64,000 nucleotides of DNA from Verrucomicrobiota bacterium (GTDB taxonomy: Bacteria > Verrucomicrobiota > Verrucomicrobiia > Limisphaerales > SXQI01): assembly GCA_033762115.1 (NCBI GenBank), contig JANRLX010000111.1, positions 14,399-78,398 on the forward strand, given 5' to 3'. A program made the position numbers and the translations under genes. Shown one piece after another: positions 10,607 through 20,751 of this stretch (positions are counted from its first letter, which is position 1; each line of letters starts with the position of its first letter). The notes beneath the pieces are model-generated. The model was not told where the DNA came from. It worked only from the letters and a program-made list of their open reading frames with translations, and did no database searches.

Positions 10607-10629
10607 ATCTCTAGCAACTTAGTAGAGAT
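10607..10629. promoter_or_regulatory. Palindromic operator candidate upstream of the sulfate operon
   Basis: ATCTCTA-N9-TAGAGAT, 50 bp upstream of the yezD start. Confidence 0.5.
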
Positions 10630-10845
10630 TTAGCAAGGGGAAAAATGGGAATTTTTTATCACGCGTTTTCTGCTTCCAAAAAAAGCGGTTTAAAAATGCC
10701 AGAGTCCGCGACTTTGAAGGGCACTTTCTGCTTAAATTGGCTGGTAGGACTCTCTAGAATTCGAAACTTTCCGGAAGAATGGCATTGGTGATGAGATTTC
10801 CTTTTGACTCCGATCTTTCCTTCGTTATTCTGTCCGGCCTATTTT

Positions 10846-12102
10846 ATGGCGAAATTGACCGTTAACGATCTGGATGTGCGTGGGAAACGTGTGCTGATGC
10901 GCGTGGACTACAACGTTCCCATGGAAGAGAAGAATGGTCAGATGATGATCAATGAATCGGCGCGTATCCGTGAGACCTTGCCAACGTTGCGGTTGCTTGG
11001 GGAAAAGGGTGCCCGGATTATTTTGACTGCTCACCTGGGCCGTCCGGATGGAAAGCGGGAGCCGTCGATGTCACTGCGCCCTGTGGCGGCCAAACTTTCC
11101 GAATTGCTGGGCAAGCCAGTGGCTTTCGTGGATCAATGCGTTGGGCCTGCGGTGGAATCGCATGTTGCCGGGATGAAGGATGGGGAAATTGTTTTGCTGG
11201 AGAATGTCCGTTTCCATCCCGAAGAAGAAAACAATGATCCTGGATTCTCCGAGCAATTGGCCCGGATTGCGGATGTCTATGTCAATGATGCGTTTGGCGC
11301 TGCTCATCGGGCTCATGCCTCCACTGCTGGGGTTGCTGAAGTGATGGCCAAACGTGGCGCACCTCGCGCGGCAGGGTTGTTGATGGAACGTGAGCTGAAG
11401 TTTCTTGGCGAGGAACTCGAGAACCCAGCGCGCCCGTTTGTCGTTATCCTGGGTGGAGCAAAAGTTTCTGACAAAATCAAGGTGATCGACCGCCTTTTGG
11501 AAAAGGCGGACACGATCCTAATCGGTGGAGCGATGGCTTACACTTTTAAATTGGCTCAGGGCGCCAGCGTGGGTAAATCGCTGGTGGAACCGGACCGGGT
11601 TGGTTTGGCGAATTCAGCCCTGGAAAAGGCCCGCCAGAAGAACATCCCATTTCTGATTCCGACCGATAACGTGATCGCCAATCCGGTGGATAGCGGAAAG
11701 AAGAATAAAAAGGGAAAAACAATTTTTGACCTGCAGAATCCTCGGGTGAACTCGGCGCGTGACATTCCAGCCGAAGCTGAAGGAGTTGACATTGGACCGG
11801 CTTCGGCAGCGACTTACAAAACGGAGATTCTTAAGGCGAAGACGATCCTCTGGAATGGGCCGATGGGAATTTTTGAAGATTCGCGGTTTGCCGAGGGGAC
11901 ATTTGCCGTGGCCCGCGCTGTGGTGGAAGCCACTGAAAAGCATGGCGCCAAAAGCATCATTGGGGGAGGGGACAGCGTGAAGGCGATCAACTCCTGCGGA
12001 CTGGGTGACAAAGTGACTTTCATGAGCACTGGGGGGGGGGCGAGCCTTGAGTTTCTCGAAGGAAATATTCTTCCTGGGGTGGCAGCTCTTTCCGACAAAT
12101 AA
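10846..12102 (+). CDS. pgk: Phosphoglycerate kinase
   Basis: RVDYNVP, HLGRP, LLENVRF, VNDAFGAAHRAHAS, GGAKVSDK, WNGPMG and STGGGASLE motifs. Confidence 0.97.
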   Translation: MAKLTVNDLDVRGKRVLMRVDYNVPMEEKNGQMMINESARIRETLPTLRLLGEKGARIILTAHLGRPDGKREPSMSLRPVAAKLSELLGKPVAFVDQCVGPAVESHVAGMKDGEIVLLENVRFHPEEENNDPGFSEQLARIADVYVNDAFGAAHRAHASTAGVAEVMAKRGAPRAAGLLMERELKFLGEELENPARPFVVILGGAKVSDKIKVIDRLLEKADTILIGGAMAYTFKLAQGASVGKSLVEPDRVGLANSALEKARQKNIPFLIPTDNVIANPVDSGKKNKKGKTIFDLQNPRVNSARDIPAEAEGVDIGPASAATYKTEILKAKTILWNGPMGIFEDSRFAEGTFAVARAVVEATEKHGAKSIIGGGDSVKAINSCGLGDKVTFMSTGGGASLEFLEGNILPGVAALSDK

Positions 12103-12118
12103 TTGAGCAGGTTCCCAA

Positions 12119-12883
12119 ATGGACAAAGAACGCAAATTAATCATTGCTGGCAACTGGAAGATGAACAAGACCGTTGCCGAGTCGCTTGACCTGGTTGAGG
12201 ACCTGAAGCGGGAACTGGCAAGCATCAAGGAAGTGGACATCGTGGTATGTCCGCCATTCACAGCGCTTTACAGCGTGGGCAAAGCGATTCTGCACTCGAA
12301 CATCCGCCTTGGCGCTCAAAACATGAGCGAGCATATCAATGGAGCTTACACAGGGGAGATCGCAGCTGGGATGCTCAAGGAATTTTCCGTGCGTTACGTG
12401 ATTCTTGGCCACTCGGAGCGTCGTCAGTACCAGAAGGAAAATGACGAGTTGATCGGCAAAAAGGCACAGGCGGTTCATGCTGCTTCGCTGAAACCGATTG
12501 TGTGCGTTGGTGAATTGCTGGAGGAACGGGAAGCGAGGCAAACGGAAAAAGTGGTGGAGCGTCAATTGAAAGGATGCTTGAGCGGTTTGTCCCCACAGCA
12601 GATGGAAGAAACAGTGATCGCTTACGAACCTGTTTGGGCAATCGGCACCGGAAAGACGGCATCTCCGCAACAGGCCCAGGAAGTTCACGCATTTATCCGC
12701 AGGCAGGTGGCTCAATTGTTTGATGAGACAGTCGCACGAAGGGTGCGCATCCAGTACGGTGGCAGCGTGAAACCGGCAAATGCCCGGGAATTGATGAGCC
12801 AGCCTGATGTTGATGGGGCGCTGGTTGGTGGAGCGTCACTGGAAGTCCGCAGTTTTTCTGATATTATCAAGAACTCGATTTAA
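12119..12883 (+). CDS. tpiA: Triosephosphate isomerase
   Basis: AGNWKMNK, GHSERR, AYEPVWAIGTG, YGGSV and LVGGAS motifs. Confidence 0.98.
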   Translation: MDKERKLIIAGNWKMNKTVAESLDLVEDLKRELASIKEVDIVVCPPFTALYSVGKAILHSNIRLGAQNMSEHINGAYTGEIAAGMLKEFSVRYVILGHSERRQYQKENDELIGKKAQAVHAASLKPIVCVGELLEEREARQTEKVVERQLKGCLSGLSPQQMEETVIAYEPVWAIGTGKTASPQQAQEVHAFIRRQVAQLFDETVARRVRIQYGGSVKPANARELMSQPDVDGALVGGASLEVRSFSDIIKNSI

Positions 12884-12890
12884 ATTTTTT

Positions 12891-13337
12891 ATGAGTTTTC
12901 TAATTGGTTTTTTAACATTCCTCCTCGTGGTGAACTGCTTGTTTTTGATTTTGCTGGTGCTCGTTCAGCTGCCTAAAAAAGAAGCGGGCGCCGGGATCGC
13001 CTTTGGCGCGGGGACTACCGAAGCGATTTTTGGCGCGGGGTCAGGCAATGCGCTGACGAAAATGACAAAGTATGGGAGTGTAAGTTTCCTTGTTCTATCG
13101 CTTGTGATCGGGCTGATGAACATGAACCAAACCCAGGCTAGCCGACGCAACATTGAGGAGGCCTTGAGCAAGCAGGCAAATGCTCCCGCACCGGCAATTC
13201 CTGCCGCAACTCCGGCAAATCGCCCTGCGACAAATCAATTCTTCCCATTGCAAACTGCGCAGAGCAATGTAACCCTGACCTTGCCAGCGGCAACGAATGT
13301 TCCTGCCGGCCAAACCGCCACGAACGCACCAAAATAA
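12891..13337 (+). CDS. secG: Preprotein translocase subunit SecG with an Ala/Pro/Thr-rich tail
   Basis: Two TM helices flanking LVQ..K.AG.G.AFG.G; canonical position after tpiA. Confidence 0.88.
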   Translation: MSFLIGFLTFLLVVNCLFLILLVLVQLPKKEAGAGIAFGAGTTEAIFGAGSGNALTKMTKYGSVSFLVLSLVIGLMNMNQTQASRRNIEEALSKQANAPAPAIPAATPANRPATNQFFPLQTAQSNVTLTLPAATNVPAGQTATNAPK

Positions 13338-13346
13338 ATCGGTTCC

Positions 13347-14957
13347 ATGTTGATTTTGCGCAACACCCTCGAGTCACTCTCGGGGGTGTTTCGCTTTTTG
13401 CTATTCTGCCTCGCGCTCTGCCTGGCGGGATGTTCGAAGATGGAGGAACGCGCCGACCTGGTGATCTGCAATGGCAAGGAACCGGAATCGCTCGACCCTG
13501 CAATCCTCACGGGCATGCCGGATGGGCGGGTCGCCCTGGCGTTGTTTGAAGGGCTCACCCGCTATGACCCAAAGGACTCCAGCCCATTGCCGGGTCTGGC
13601 TGAGCGATGGGAAATTTCGGAAGATGGCAAAACCTACACATTTTTCATCCGCGCGAATGCGGTGTGGTCCACCGGTGAACCGATCACAGCGCATGATTTT
13701 GTCTGGTCATGGCTCCGGGTGCTTCACCCGGACACAGCAGCTGATTATGCCGGGAATCTTTATTATATCAAAAATGCCGAAGCCTTTAACACAGGAAAAT
13801 TGACGAACGCTGCGGAGGTGGGAGTGCAGGCATTGAATGAGCGGACTTTGAAGGTGGACCTGGTAAATCCGACTCCGTTCTTTCTGGAGTTGTGCGCGTT
13901 CTCTCCGCAAACGGTGGTGCCCCGCCAGGTGATCGAAAAGCATGGTGATCGATGGCTGCATGTCCGTCCCCTGCCATCCAGCGGGGCTTACGAACTGGTT
14001 TACTGGCGATTGAACGATCGCATTCGAGTGAAGAAAAACATGCGGTACTGGGATGCGCAGAATACAGCCAGTGAGGTGGTGGATTTTGTCCCGGTGAACA
14101 CCGCGACCACCGCGATCAACCTCTACGAGACAAAGCAGGTTGATATTATCTGGGACAAGGATTCCATTCCCAGCGAACTACTGCCAGTTCTCAGAAAAAG
14201 GCCGGACTTTCATCGCTTCCCGGTCCTCGGCACCTATTTTTATCGCTATAATGTCACCCGAAAACCGTTTGATGACCCGAGGGTGAGAAAAGCGTTATCC
14301 ATGGCGATAGACCGCAAAAAAATCGTGGAAAAAATCACCGCAGGCGGAGAGCTGCCCGCGAATTTCCTGGTCCCGCCAAACTCCGGGAAATATCGGTCGC
14401 CGGAGGGTTTGCCTTATGATCCCGAGGCAGCGAGGAAACTTCTGGCAGAAGCTGGATTTCCTGATGGAAAAGGGTTCCGCCGGTTTAGTTATATTTTCAA
14501 TACTTCGCGTGAACATCAAAGAATCGCGGTGGAATTGCAGGAAATGTGGCGGAAGGAGTTAAACATCCATGTGGACCTGAAATCTGTGGAGTGGAACGTG
14601 TTTTTTCGTTTTCAAACGGAACTGGATTACGATCTGGCCCGGAGCAGTTGGTTTGCGGATTATTCGGATCCGAACACTTTTTTGGACTTGTTCATGAGCA
14701 ATAATCCAAACAACCGCACCGGCTGGCGGAATGAGCGCTACGATACCCTGCTGCGGGAGGCGAATGGCTTGAGCGACGCTGTCGCGCGGGAAAAAGTGCT
14801 GCAACAAGCGGAAGCGTTGATGGTGCGGGATGAATTGCCAATTGGCCCTCTTTTCATTTATCAGGGGTTCAACATCTGGGACCCGGAGCGGATCACTGGC
14901 GCATATACTAACCCCCGTGATGAACATCCCACACGAACTATCAAGCGATTGAAATGA
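13347..14957 (+). CDS. oppA: Peptide ABC transporter substrate-binding lipoprotein (OppA-like)
   Basis: Lipobox LAGC, EPESLDP, LFEGL, PITAHDFVWSW and RVRKALSMAIDR motifs. Confidence 0.88.
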   Translation: MLILRNTLESLSGVFRFLLFCLALCLAGCSKMEERADLVICNGKEPESLDPAILTGMPDGRVALALFEGLTRYDPKDSSPLPGLAERWEISEDGKTYTFFIRANAVWSTGEPITAHDFVWSWLRVLHPDTAADYAGNLYYIKNAEAFNTGKLTNAAEVGVQALNERTLKVDLVNPTPFFLELCAFSPQTVVPRQVIEKHGDRWLHVRPLPSSGAYELVYWRLNDRIRVKKNMRYWDAQNTASEVVDFVPVNTATTAINLYETKQVDIIWDKDSIPSELLPVLRKRPDFHRFPVLGTYFYRYNVTRKPFDDPRVRKALSMAIDRKKIVEKITAGGELPANFLVPPNSGKYRSPEGLPYDPEAARKLLAEAGFPDGKGFRRFSYIFNTSREHQRIAVELQEMWRKELNIHVDLKSVEWNVFFRFQTELDYDLARSSWFADYSDPNTFLDLFMSNNPNNRTGWRNERYDTLLREANGLSDAVAREKVLQQAEALMVRDELPIGPLFIYQGFNIWDPERITGAYTNPRDEHPTRTIKRLK

Positions 14958-15874
14958 TTCGGTATATCATCAGGAGAGTCCTCTTTTTGGTGCCGATGCT
15001 ATTCCTCATTAGCATGCTCGCATTTGCGCTGGTGCGGGTGGCGCCCGGAGGGCCGTTTGATAAAAACCGGCGTCCGGCTTCGCCCGAAGTGGAGAAACGG
15101 TTACTCGCCAAATATCATTTGGACAAACCCTTGTGGCGGCAATACCTCCATTATCTTGGTGGAATTCTGCAAGGAGATTTCGGTCCCTCCTTAAAACAAC
15201 GGCACCATAGCGTGAACGACATTATTGCGGAAGCGCTGCCTGTTTCTCTGGTACTGGGAGGGCTCTCATTTTCTTTGGCCATGGGCATTGGAATCCCGCT
15301 CGGTTTTTATACAGCCATCGGAAAAGGAAAATTGTTTGATTACACCGGCACCTTTATTTCCATCCTGTTCATCTGCGTTCCCGGATTGGTGCTGGGGCCG
15401 TTGCTGGTAATGATTTTTGCCATTCAGCTTCGCTGGTTTCCAGTGGGAATGCTGGGGAGCGCCTGGCATCTGGTGCTGCCGGTGCTGACGTTGGGAATTT
15501 ACTTTTCAGGACGAATCGCGCGGTTGATGCGGGAAGGGATGTTGAATGTCTTGTATTCCGAATTCATCATGACTGCTCGCAGCAAAGGGTTAAGTGAGAC
15601 AAGGCTTTTATGGAAACATGCGTTTCCGTTGGCAATCGCCCCGGTCCTTTCCTATTCCGGGCCGCTCCTGGCTGATTTGCTGACAGGCTCTTTCGTGGTG
15701 GAAACCATTTTTCAAATTCCAGGCCTTGGGATTCATCTGGTGAACAGTTCCCTGAGCCGTGATTACCCGGTGATCGTCGGTTTGGTGATTTTGTACGCGT
15801 TTCTTTTGATGCTGCTGAATCTCCTGGTGGATGTGATCCACGCCTGGATCGATCCTCGCGTGCAACTCGCTTAA
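14954..15874 (+). CDS. oppB: Peptide ABC transporter permease (OppB-like)
   Basis: APGGPF, GDFGPS, TARSKGLSE (EAA loop), C-terminal DPRV; ATGA overlap with oppA. Confidence 0.9.
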   Translation: MIRYIIRRVLFLVPMLFLISMLAFALVRVAPGGPFDKNRRPASPEVEKRLLAKYHLDKPLWRQYLHYLGGILQGDFGPSLKQRHHSVNDIIAEALPVSLVLGGLSFSLAMGIGIPLGFYTAIGKGKLFDYTGTFISILFICVPGLVLGPLLVMIFAIQLRWFPVGMLGSAWHLVLPVLTLGIYFSGRIARLMREGMLNVLYSEFIMTARSKGLSETRLLWKHAFPLAIAPVLSYSGPLLADLLTGSFVVETIFQIPGLGIHLVNSSLSRDYPVIVGLVILYAFLLMLLNLLVDVIHAWIDPRVQLA

Positions 15875-15895
15875 AAAGGTTCCTGTGACAAAAGG

Positions 15896-17830
15896 TCAAA
15901 GCGTGGGACTGATTTGTCCCGTGGCCAGCATGGCGCGAATTTTCTGGATCAATTCGTCTGCGGTATAAGGCTTCTGAAGAAATTCCAGTTTGCTGTCTTC
16001 GATTCCATTCTCTAGGGCCACATTCCGCGTGTAGCCTGAGGTAAACAGAACGGGCAATTCAGGCATCGTGGCCTGGATTTTTTTCGCCAGATCCGGCCCG
16101 CTCATCCGTGGCATGATCACATCGCTGAAGAGCAGACGAATGGGAAATTTTCGGCTTTCAATGATTTGCCAGGCTTCCTCCCCATTTTTCGCGGTGATGA
16201 CCTTGAAACCACTGCGGCGAAGAACCAGTTGCGCAAATTCGCGTAAACTCTCTTCATCCTCCGCGACAAGAATGGTTGGTTCGCTGTCAGTCGTCGGCTG
16301 TCCTGAACGAGCCGGTGGCAATGCGCGCTTTGGCGTTTCAATCCGAGGCAGGTATATCCTGAAAGTGGAGCCTCGACCCATTTCGCTGCTACAGGAGATA
16401 TGGCCCCCATGCTGGCGGACCATTGCGTAAACGGTCGCTAATCCAAGACCCGTGCCGGGTCCAACTTCTGTATGGTCGTAAAAAGGTTCAAAGACATGCA
16501 AACGCGCCTCGTCCGTTAAGCCGTAACCGGAATCAGTCATGCTCAAGGCCACGTAGTCACCCGCGGCAAGGTTTCCGATCATGGCGGCTTTTTCAGGGGG
16601 CAAGGTGACATTGTGGGTTTCCAGAACCAGTTTTCCACCCTCGGGCATGGCGTTGCGTGCCCTGACAGTAAGGTGGATGAGGACATTTTCCATTTGGGAA
16701 GCATCCGCATTGACACTTCCAAGTTCCGGTCCCAGGTAAGTCAGCAACTGCACTTTTTCACCAAGGAGGCGGGCAAGAAGGGAACGGCTCTGGGCGACCA
16801 ATCCATTCAAATCCATCGGTGCGAGGAGAATGGTTTGTTTCCGGCTGAGCGCCATTAATTGTTGGGTCAATGAAAAGGCTCTTTCAGCGCTGGAGGTGAT
16901 CTGTCCAACGTCTGTAACGAGTTTGTCTCCCGGAGGCAGGGCAGATTTGATCAAACCGGCATATCCCACGATGACGGTAAGCAGGTTATTAAAATCGTTG
17001 GCAACACCCCCAGCGAAACGTCCGATGGATTCCATGCGCTGCGTGTGTTGCAGTTGTTCCTCCAATCGCTTGCGCGAGGTCACGTCGCGACAAATAATCT
17101 GGGCGGCATTCTCCCCATGATAAGTAATGGCGCGAGCGATCGCTTCAACAGTCAGGATGGTGCCGTCCAACCTTAGAATCCGTTCCTCAAGTAACGGCCC
17201 ATCCGTGCCACTCATTGTCTGGCGTAAATGTTCAGTAACAAGATCCCGGTAATTGGGATCAATAAATTCCAGGAATGACTTGCCGACCAGGTCCAGGGGA
17301 CTTTGTGCGCCAAAAAGCTGCACGGCGGCTGGGTTCACATACACGAACTTGCCATCGCAACAAATGAACGTGGCTTCGGGAGAAGATTCAACCAGCCTGC
17401 GGTAACGTTCCTCGCTTTCCCGCAGCGCGAGATCAGCCTGTTTTTTTCGACGGCGCAGCGCCGCTTCACGAAGTTCCCGGTCAATTGCCGGTCCCAGCCG
17501 GGTCAAACGATCCTTCAGCAAATAATCGTGTGCTCCCGCCTTCAAGGCTTCGACAGCGGTCTCTTCACCAATTTTGCCGGAAACAATGATAAAGGGAACA
17601 TCATGGCCGGTTTGCTGGGTCATGGCGAGGGCCGCAAGACCGCTAAACTGGGGCAGAACATAATCGGAAATGATCAGGTCCCACTGTTCGGACAAGGCAT
17701 GCTGTAATTGCGCAGCGGATTCGACGCGAGTGTATGCGGCCTTGTAACCGGCGCGCTGAAGGGCGTGGATCAGGAGTTCGGTATCGTCCTTTGAATCCTC
17801 TATAATCAAAAGCTTTAATGGAACACTCAT
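15896..17830 (-). CDS. Hybrid REC-PAS-HisKA-HATPase-REC protein with a degenerate kinase core
   Basis: Both REC domains keep their Asp and Lys. H-box reads GGVANDFNNLL (His to Asn); N-box reads VLIHLTVRARNAM. Confidence 0.88.
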   Translation of the reverse strand: MSVPLKLLIIEDSKDDTELLIHALQRAGYKAAYTRVESAAQLQHALSEQWDLIISDYVLPQFSGLAALAMTQQTGHDVPFIIVSGKIGEETAVEALKAGAHDYLLKDRLTRLGPAIDRELREAALRRRKKQADLALRESEERYRRLVESSPEATFICCDGKFVYVNPAAVQLFGAQSPLDLVGKSFLEFIDPNYRDLVTEHLRQTMSGTDGPLLEERILRLDGTILTVEAIARAITYHGENAAQIICRDVTSRKRLEEQLQHTQRMESIGRFAGGVANDFNNLLTVIVGYAGLIKSALPPGDKLVTDVGQITSSAERAFSLTQQLMALSRKQTILLAPMDLNGLVAQSRSLLARLLGEKVQLLTYLGPELGSVNADASQMENVLIHLTVRARNAMPEGGKLVLETHNVTLPPEKAAMIGNLAAGDYVALSMTDSGYGLTDEARLHVFEPFYDHTEVGPGTGLGLATVYAMVRQHGGHISCSSEMGRGSTFRIYLPRIETPKRALPPARSGQPTTDSEPTILVAEDEESLREFAQLVLRRSGFKVITAKNGEEAWQIIESRKFPIRLLFSDVIMPRMSGPDLAKKIQATMPELPVLFTSGYTRNVALENGIEDSKLEFLQKPYTADELIQKIRAMLATGQISPTL

Positions 17831-17911
17831 ACCTCGCCTTCAAGGTTTTGCTATACGCTGATTTGTCCAAACCGGGCGCAAATTCCTCCAGAAATCCTTA
17901 CGGGTTATACA

Positions 17912-17927
17912 GGCATTTTGAGTGCCA
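17912..17927 (-). promoter_or_regulatory. Sigma-54 (-24/-12) promoter candidate
   Basis: TGGCAC-TCAAA-ATGCC on the minus strand with GG-N10-GC spacing, about 80 bp upstream of the ATG at 17830. Confidence 0.55.
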
Positions 17928-18050
17928 TCTTTGCACTGCAATTTTTGACCTGTTTTACTCCTTTCTCATTCAATCTACCAAAAAACAGGACAAAATTGTC
18001 CAGCTTTTGCACAAGGTCAAATCGCAGGAATGAGACGAATGCTGCTAGCT

Positions 18051-19550
18051 TTAAAGCACCGAATGTTCCCGGCGCCAAACCAGGTTCGTGGGAAGGGTCA
18101 GGAGAAAAGTTGTTCCATTCTTGCCGGTTCCTTCCAATTCGAGGGCTCCACCCATGTGATTTGCCAATTGCTTGCTGATCGCCAGCCCCAGGCCAGTCCC
18201 CCCTTCCTTCGTAGAGCGGCAGGGGGCAAACAGATTGGCTTTGATTTGCTCTGGCAGACCCGGACCGTTGTCAGAAATCCGGAAGTGAATTTGTCCTTCA
18301 ATCTCAGTGATGGAAAGCTCGACCTTTCCGATATTTGCCGGCAATGCCTGGACCGCATTCTGCAACAGGTTGACGAGGACGAGGATGATCAGGTTCGCAT
18401 TTCGATTGCTCAGTTGCCCCTGGGCATCTCCTTTGATGGATAAAGCAATATTTCCTTCCTGTGCAATCGGTTGCACCTTGGACTCGATCATCTGGATAAC
18501 TTCAGACAACGAAAGGTGATACGCGGTCTGCCCCTGTTCCTCCTGAAGGATGCGGACGATCTCGGCAATCATCGATTGCATTCGCTTGGTGGAGCTCAAG
18601 GCAGTTTGCCAGTCGCTTTCCCGAGGCGGGATTTTTTGTTCGAGTCGGCTGGAGGCGAGCAGTTGCAAACCGAAGAGCGGATTTTTCAACCCGTGGATCA
18701 GGTGAGCGGCGACAGCGCCAATGGCGGAAGTTTTCGCGGCGAGGGTTAGTTCATGGTTTGCATGCAACAGATCGGCAGTGCGTGCGCTCAGCTGTTCATT
18801 GGCATGTTGCAACCGTTGAAAGGCCCAGCCGACAGCGACGACAATCACCGTTCCGCCAATCGCAAAAAAAAGCAGGCCGTGCCGAAAGAGGTGCCGGTCC
18901 ATGACCGCAAATTCCCGGGCAACTCGTTCGCCGTTAAGCAGAAACTGAGCGGCGCCCAAAAAATGTTTTCCCGATTCGGCGTGCAGCGGAACGATGGCTT
19001 CAATCAATGGAAAAACCTGCGCTTCCCCGATCGGCTGCCGAACGGTGGGGTTGATGTCGGCTACCCGCGCTTTGGGGTGAAAGTGGCTAACGGATGCGAG
19101 GTTTTTCAATTTGAGGAGATCGTCACTTCCCAATTCTGAACGGGTAACACCACTGGGAAACGCAGTAATGAAACGCCCCTCGGTATCAAAAAGGCGTATG
19201 GCGCTGACTTCACCGCGGAATTCGGATGCTTCGAGAATCGCCCCCAACCTTGTTTGCGCATCAGTAAGGTCCAGGCCTTCCTGCTCAAGGGCCTTTTGGT
19301 TTACCACCGTGGCCGCATGGAGCACTTCACTGTCCTGTTGGAGAATCTGCTCCCTGAGGGTACGGCGCAAATCGGAGATGACCAGAATGATGCTTAACCC
19401 AAGCACTGCCAGGATCAGAGAGATGACCAGCGCGGGGATGATCTGCGGTTTGCCAAAGCGAAACAGGGAGCGGCGGGTTTGCGTTTCAAAGGACATTTTC
19501 CAGATCGCACGAATTTTGGGCAGTTCAATCAATCCGTCGATATTGATCAT
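18051..19550 (-). CDS. Membrane sensor histidine kinase
   Basis: Two TM helices around a periplasmic domain; IHGLKNPL H-box, NLLQNA, DNGPG and GGTGLGL; AGGAGAGG ribosome-binding site before 19550. Confidence 0.9.
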   Translation of the reverse strand: MINIDGLIELPKIRAIWKMSFETQTRRSLFRFGKPQIIPALVISLILAVLGLSIILVISDLRRTLREQILQQDSEVLHAATVVNQKALEQEGLDLTDAQTRLGAILEASEFRGEVSAIRLFDTEGRFITAFPSGVTRSELGSDDLLKLKNLASVSHFHPKARVADINPTVRQPIGEAQVFPLIEAIVPLHAESGKHFLGAAQFLLNGERVAREFAVMDRHLFRHGLLFFAIGGTVIVVAVGWAFQRLQHANEQLSARTADLLHANHELTLAAKTSAIGAVAAHLIHGLKNPLFGLQLLASSRLEQKIPPRESDWQTALSSTKRMQSMIAEIVRILQEEQGQTAYHLSLSEVIQMIESKVQPIAQEGNIALSIKGDAQGQLSNRNANLIILVLVNLLQNAVQALPANIGKVELSITEIEGQIHFRISDNGPGLPEQIKANLFAPCRSTKEGGTGLGLAISKQLANHMGGALELEGTGKNGTTFLLTLPTNLVWRREHSVL

Positions 19551-19603
19551 GGCTTAAATCCTCTCCTTGCACAATTCCCTGATTTGTGGGGCGTAAAAGC
19601 TTT

Positions 19604-19619
19604 AGCAAAGAGTGTGCCT
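19604..19619 (-). promoter_or_regulatory. Sigma-54 (-24/-12) promoter candidate
   Basis: AGGCAC-ACTCT-TTGCT on the minus strand with exact spacing, intergenic and upstream of the kinase gene. Confidence 0.65.
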
Positions 19620-19653
19620 TTGGGAACAGCGGGGAAAAACCTGATTTTCAGGG

Positions 19654-20745
19654 CTAAAATTCGTAATAAAAACCAGTTTCGACAATATGTGCCTGGTATT
19701 CATCTGAAACATGGTTGCCAGAACCCAATTCATAATTGTATTCCCCAAAAGCGGAGAGTTCCTTCCAAATTTTTTGTTCCGCCCTGAAGCCTGCACCAGT
19801 CTCGGAACGGCGACGCAACGGCGGATCAGGGGGTTGAATTGTTTGATTCTGGTAACTGTATTTTACGTATCTCCCTGAGAGAGAGACTTCTCCGGTTTCC
19901 CAGCGCCATGTGAGACCGGCGGTCAGGCGAAAGCGGTCATAATCGAAGTAACCGGGTCCATTGTCCCGGTTGAAAAGATACCCGGCCTTGAACCGGCCTC
20001 GGCATCTTCTGCGGGAATCAAAATTGTGACGGAGTTCCAGTTCTATCTCCTGCTGGGTAAATTCCAGGGAACTATCGGGAATAGCTGAGGAATCCAGTTC
20101 CAATTGTTCACGCTCATCATAAAAGCGTTTTCTCCAGCTAAAAGCCAAACTTGTTTCGGAGCGATGACCATACTTTCTTCCAAAGCGGAGCTTCTCTCCC
20201 CATTCCCAGGTATCATCAAGCGGAGACTCATAATTTTGACGGGCAGCGGGTAACTCGAGTTCCAGAAAATATTGTTGCCAATGCTTTTGTAAAATTGGGG
20301 TCAACCCCAGGGTGTGCGATTTTAACGGGAGGGATTCGAGATTGGTTGTGGTAATGGAAACATCCACAACCTGATCATAATAAAGATAATCCGCTTTGAT
20401 TCCTGCGATCCAGCCATTGGCAAAACCATACTTGTAATCGGCCTGGGCCAGGAGCAGTTGCTCTTTATTCACTGTGTCACTGGAAAGGTAGCGTTTGTCT
20501 TCCAAAGTAAGAAAAAATGTGAATTCATTGCTGTCATACGGCAGGCGGAAAAGGCTGGCATCAAGCATTCCTCGAATAAAAGCGCTTTTCTCATGGTTGA
20601 TCTCGGAATGGAGCACATTATCCGAGTAGCCGACGCTGCCGCCGACCGTTGCAAAATAATCCCATGATGATGGCTCAGCAGCAGCCAGAGCAGAGCCGCT
20701 GAACGGAATCAAGCAGACCAGGAGGAGTATGCGGATGAGATTCAA
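19654..20745 (-). CDS. Outer-membrane beta-barrel protein of unknown function
   Basis: Signal peptide, alternating amphipathic strands rich in aromatics, C-terminal YYEF. Confidence 0.75.
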   Translation of the reverse strand: MNLIRILLLVCLIPFSGSALAAAEPSSWDYFATVGGSVGYSDNVLHSEINHEKSAFIRGMLDASLFRLPYDSNEFTFFLTLEDKRYLSSDTVNKEQLLLAQADYKYGFANGWIAGIKADYLYYDQVVDVSITTTNLESLPLKSHTLGLTPILQKHWQQYFLELELPAARQNYESPLDDTWEWGEKLRFGRKYGHRSETSLAFSWRKRFYDEREQLELDSSAIPDSSLEFTQQEIELELRHNFDSRRRCRGRFKAGYLFNRDNGPGYFDYDRFRLTAGLTWRWETGEVSLSGRYVKYSYQNQTIQPPDPPLRRRSETGAGFRAEQKIWKELSAFGEYNYELGSGNHVSDEYQAHIVETGFYYEF

Positions 20746-20751
20746 TCAAAT

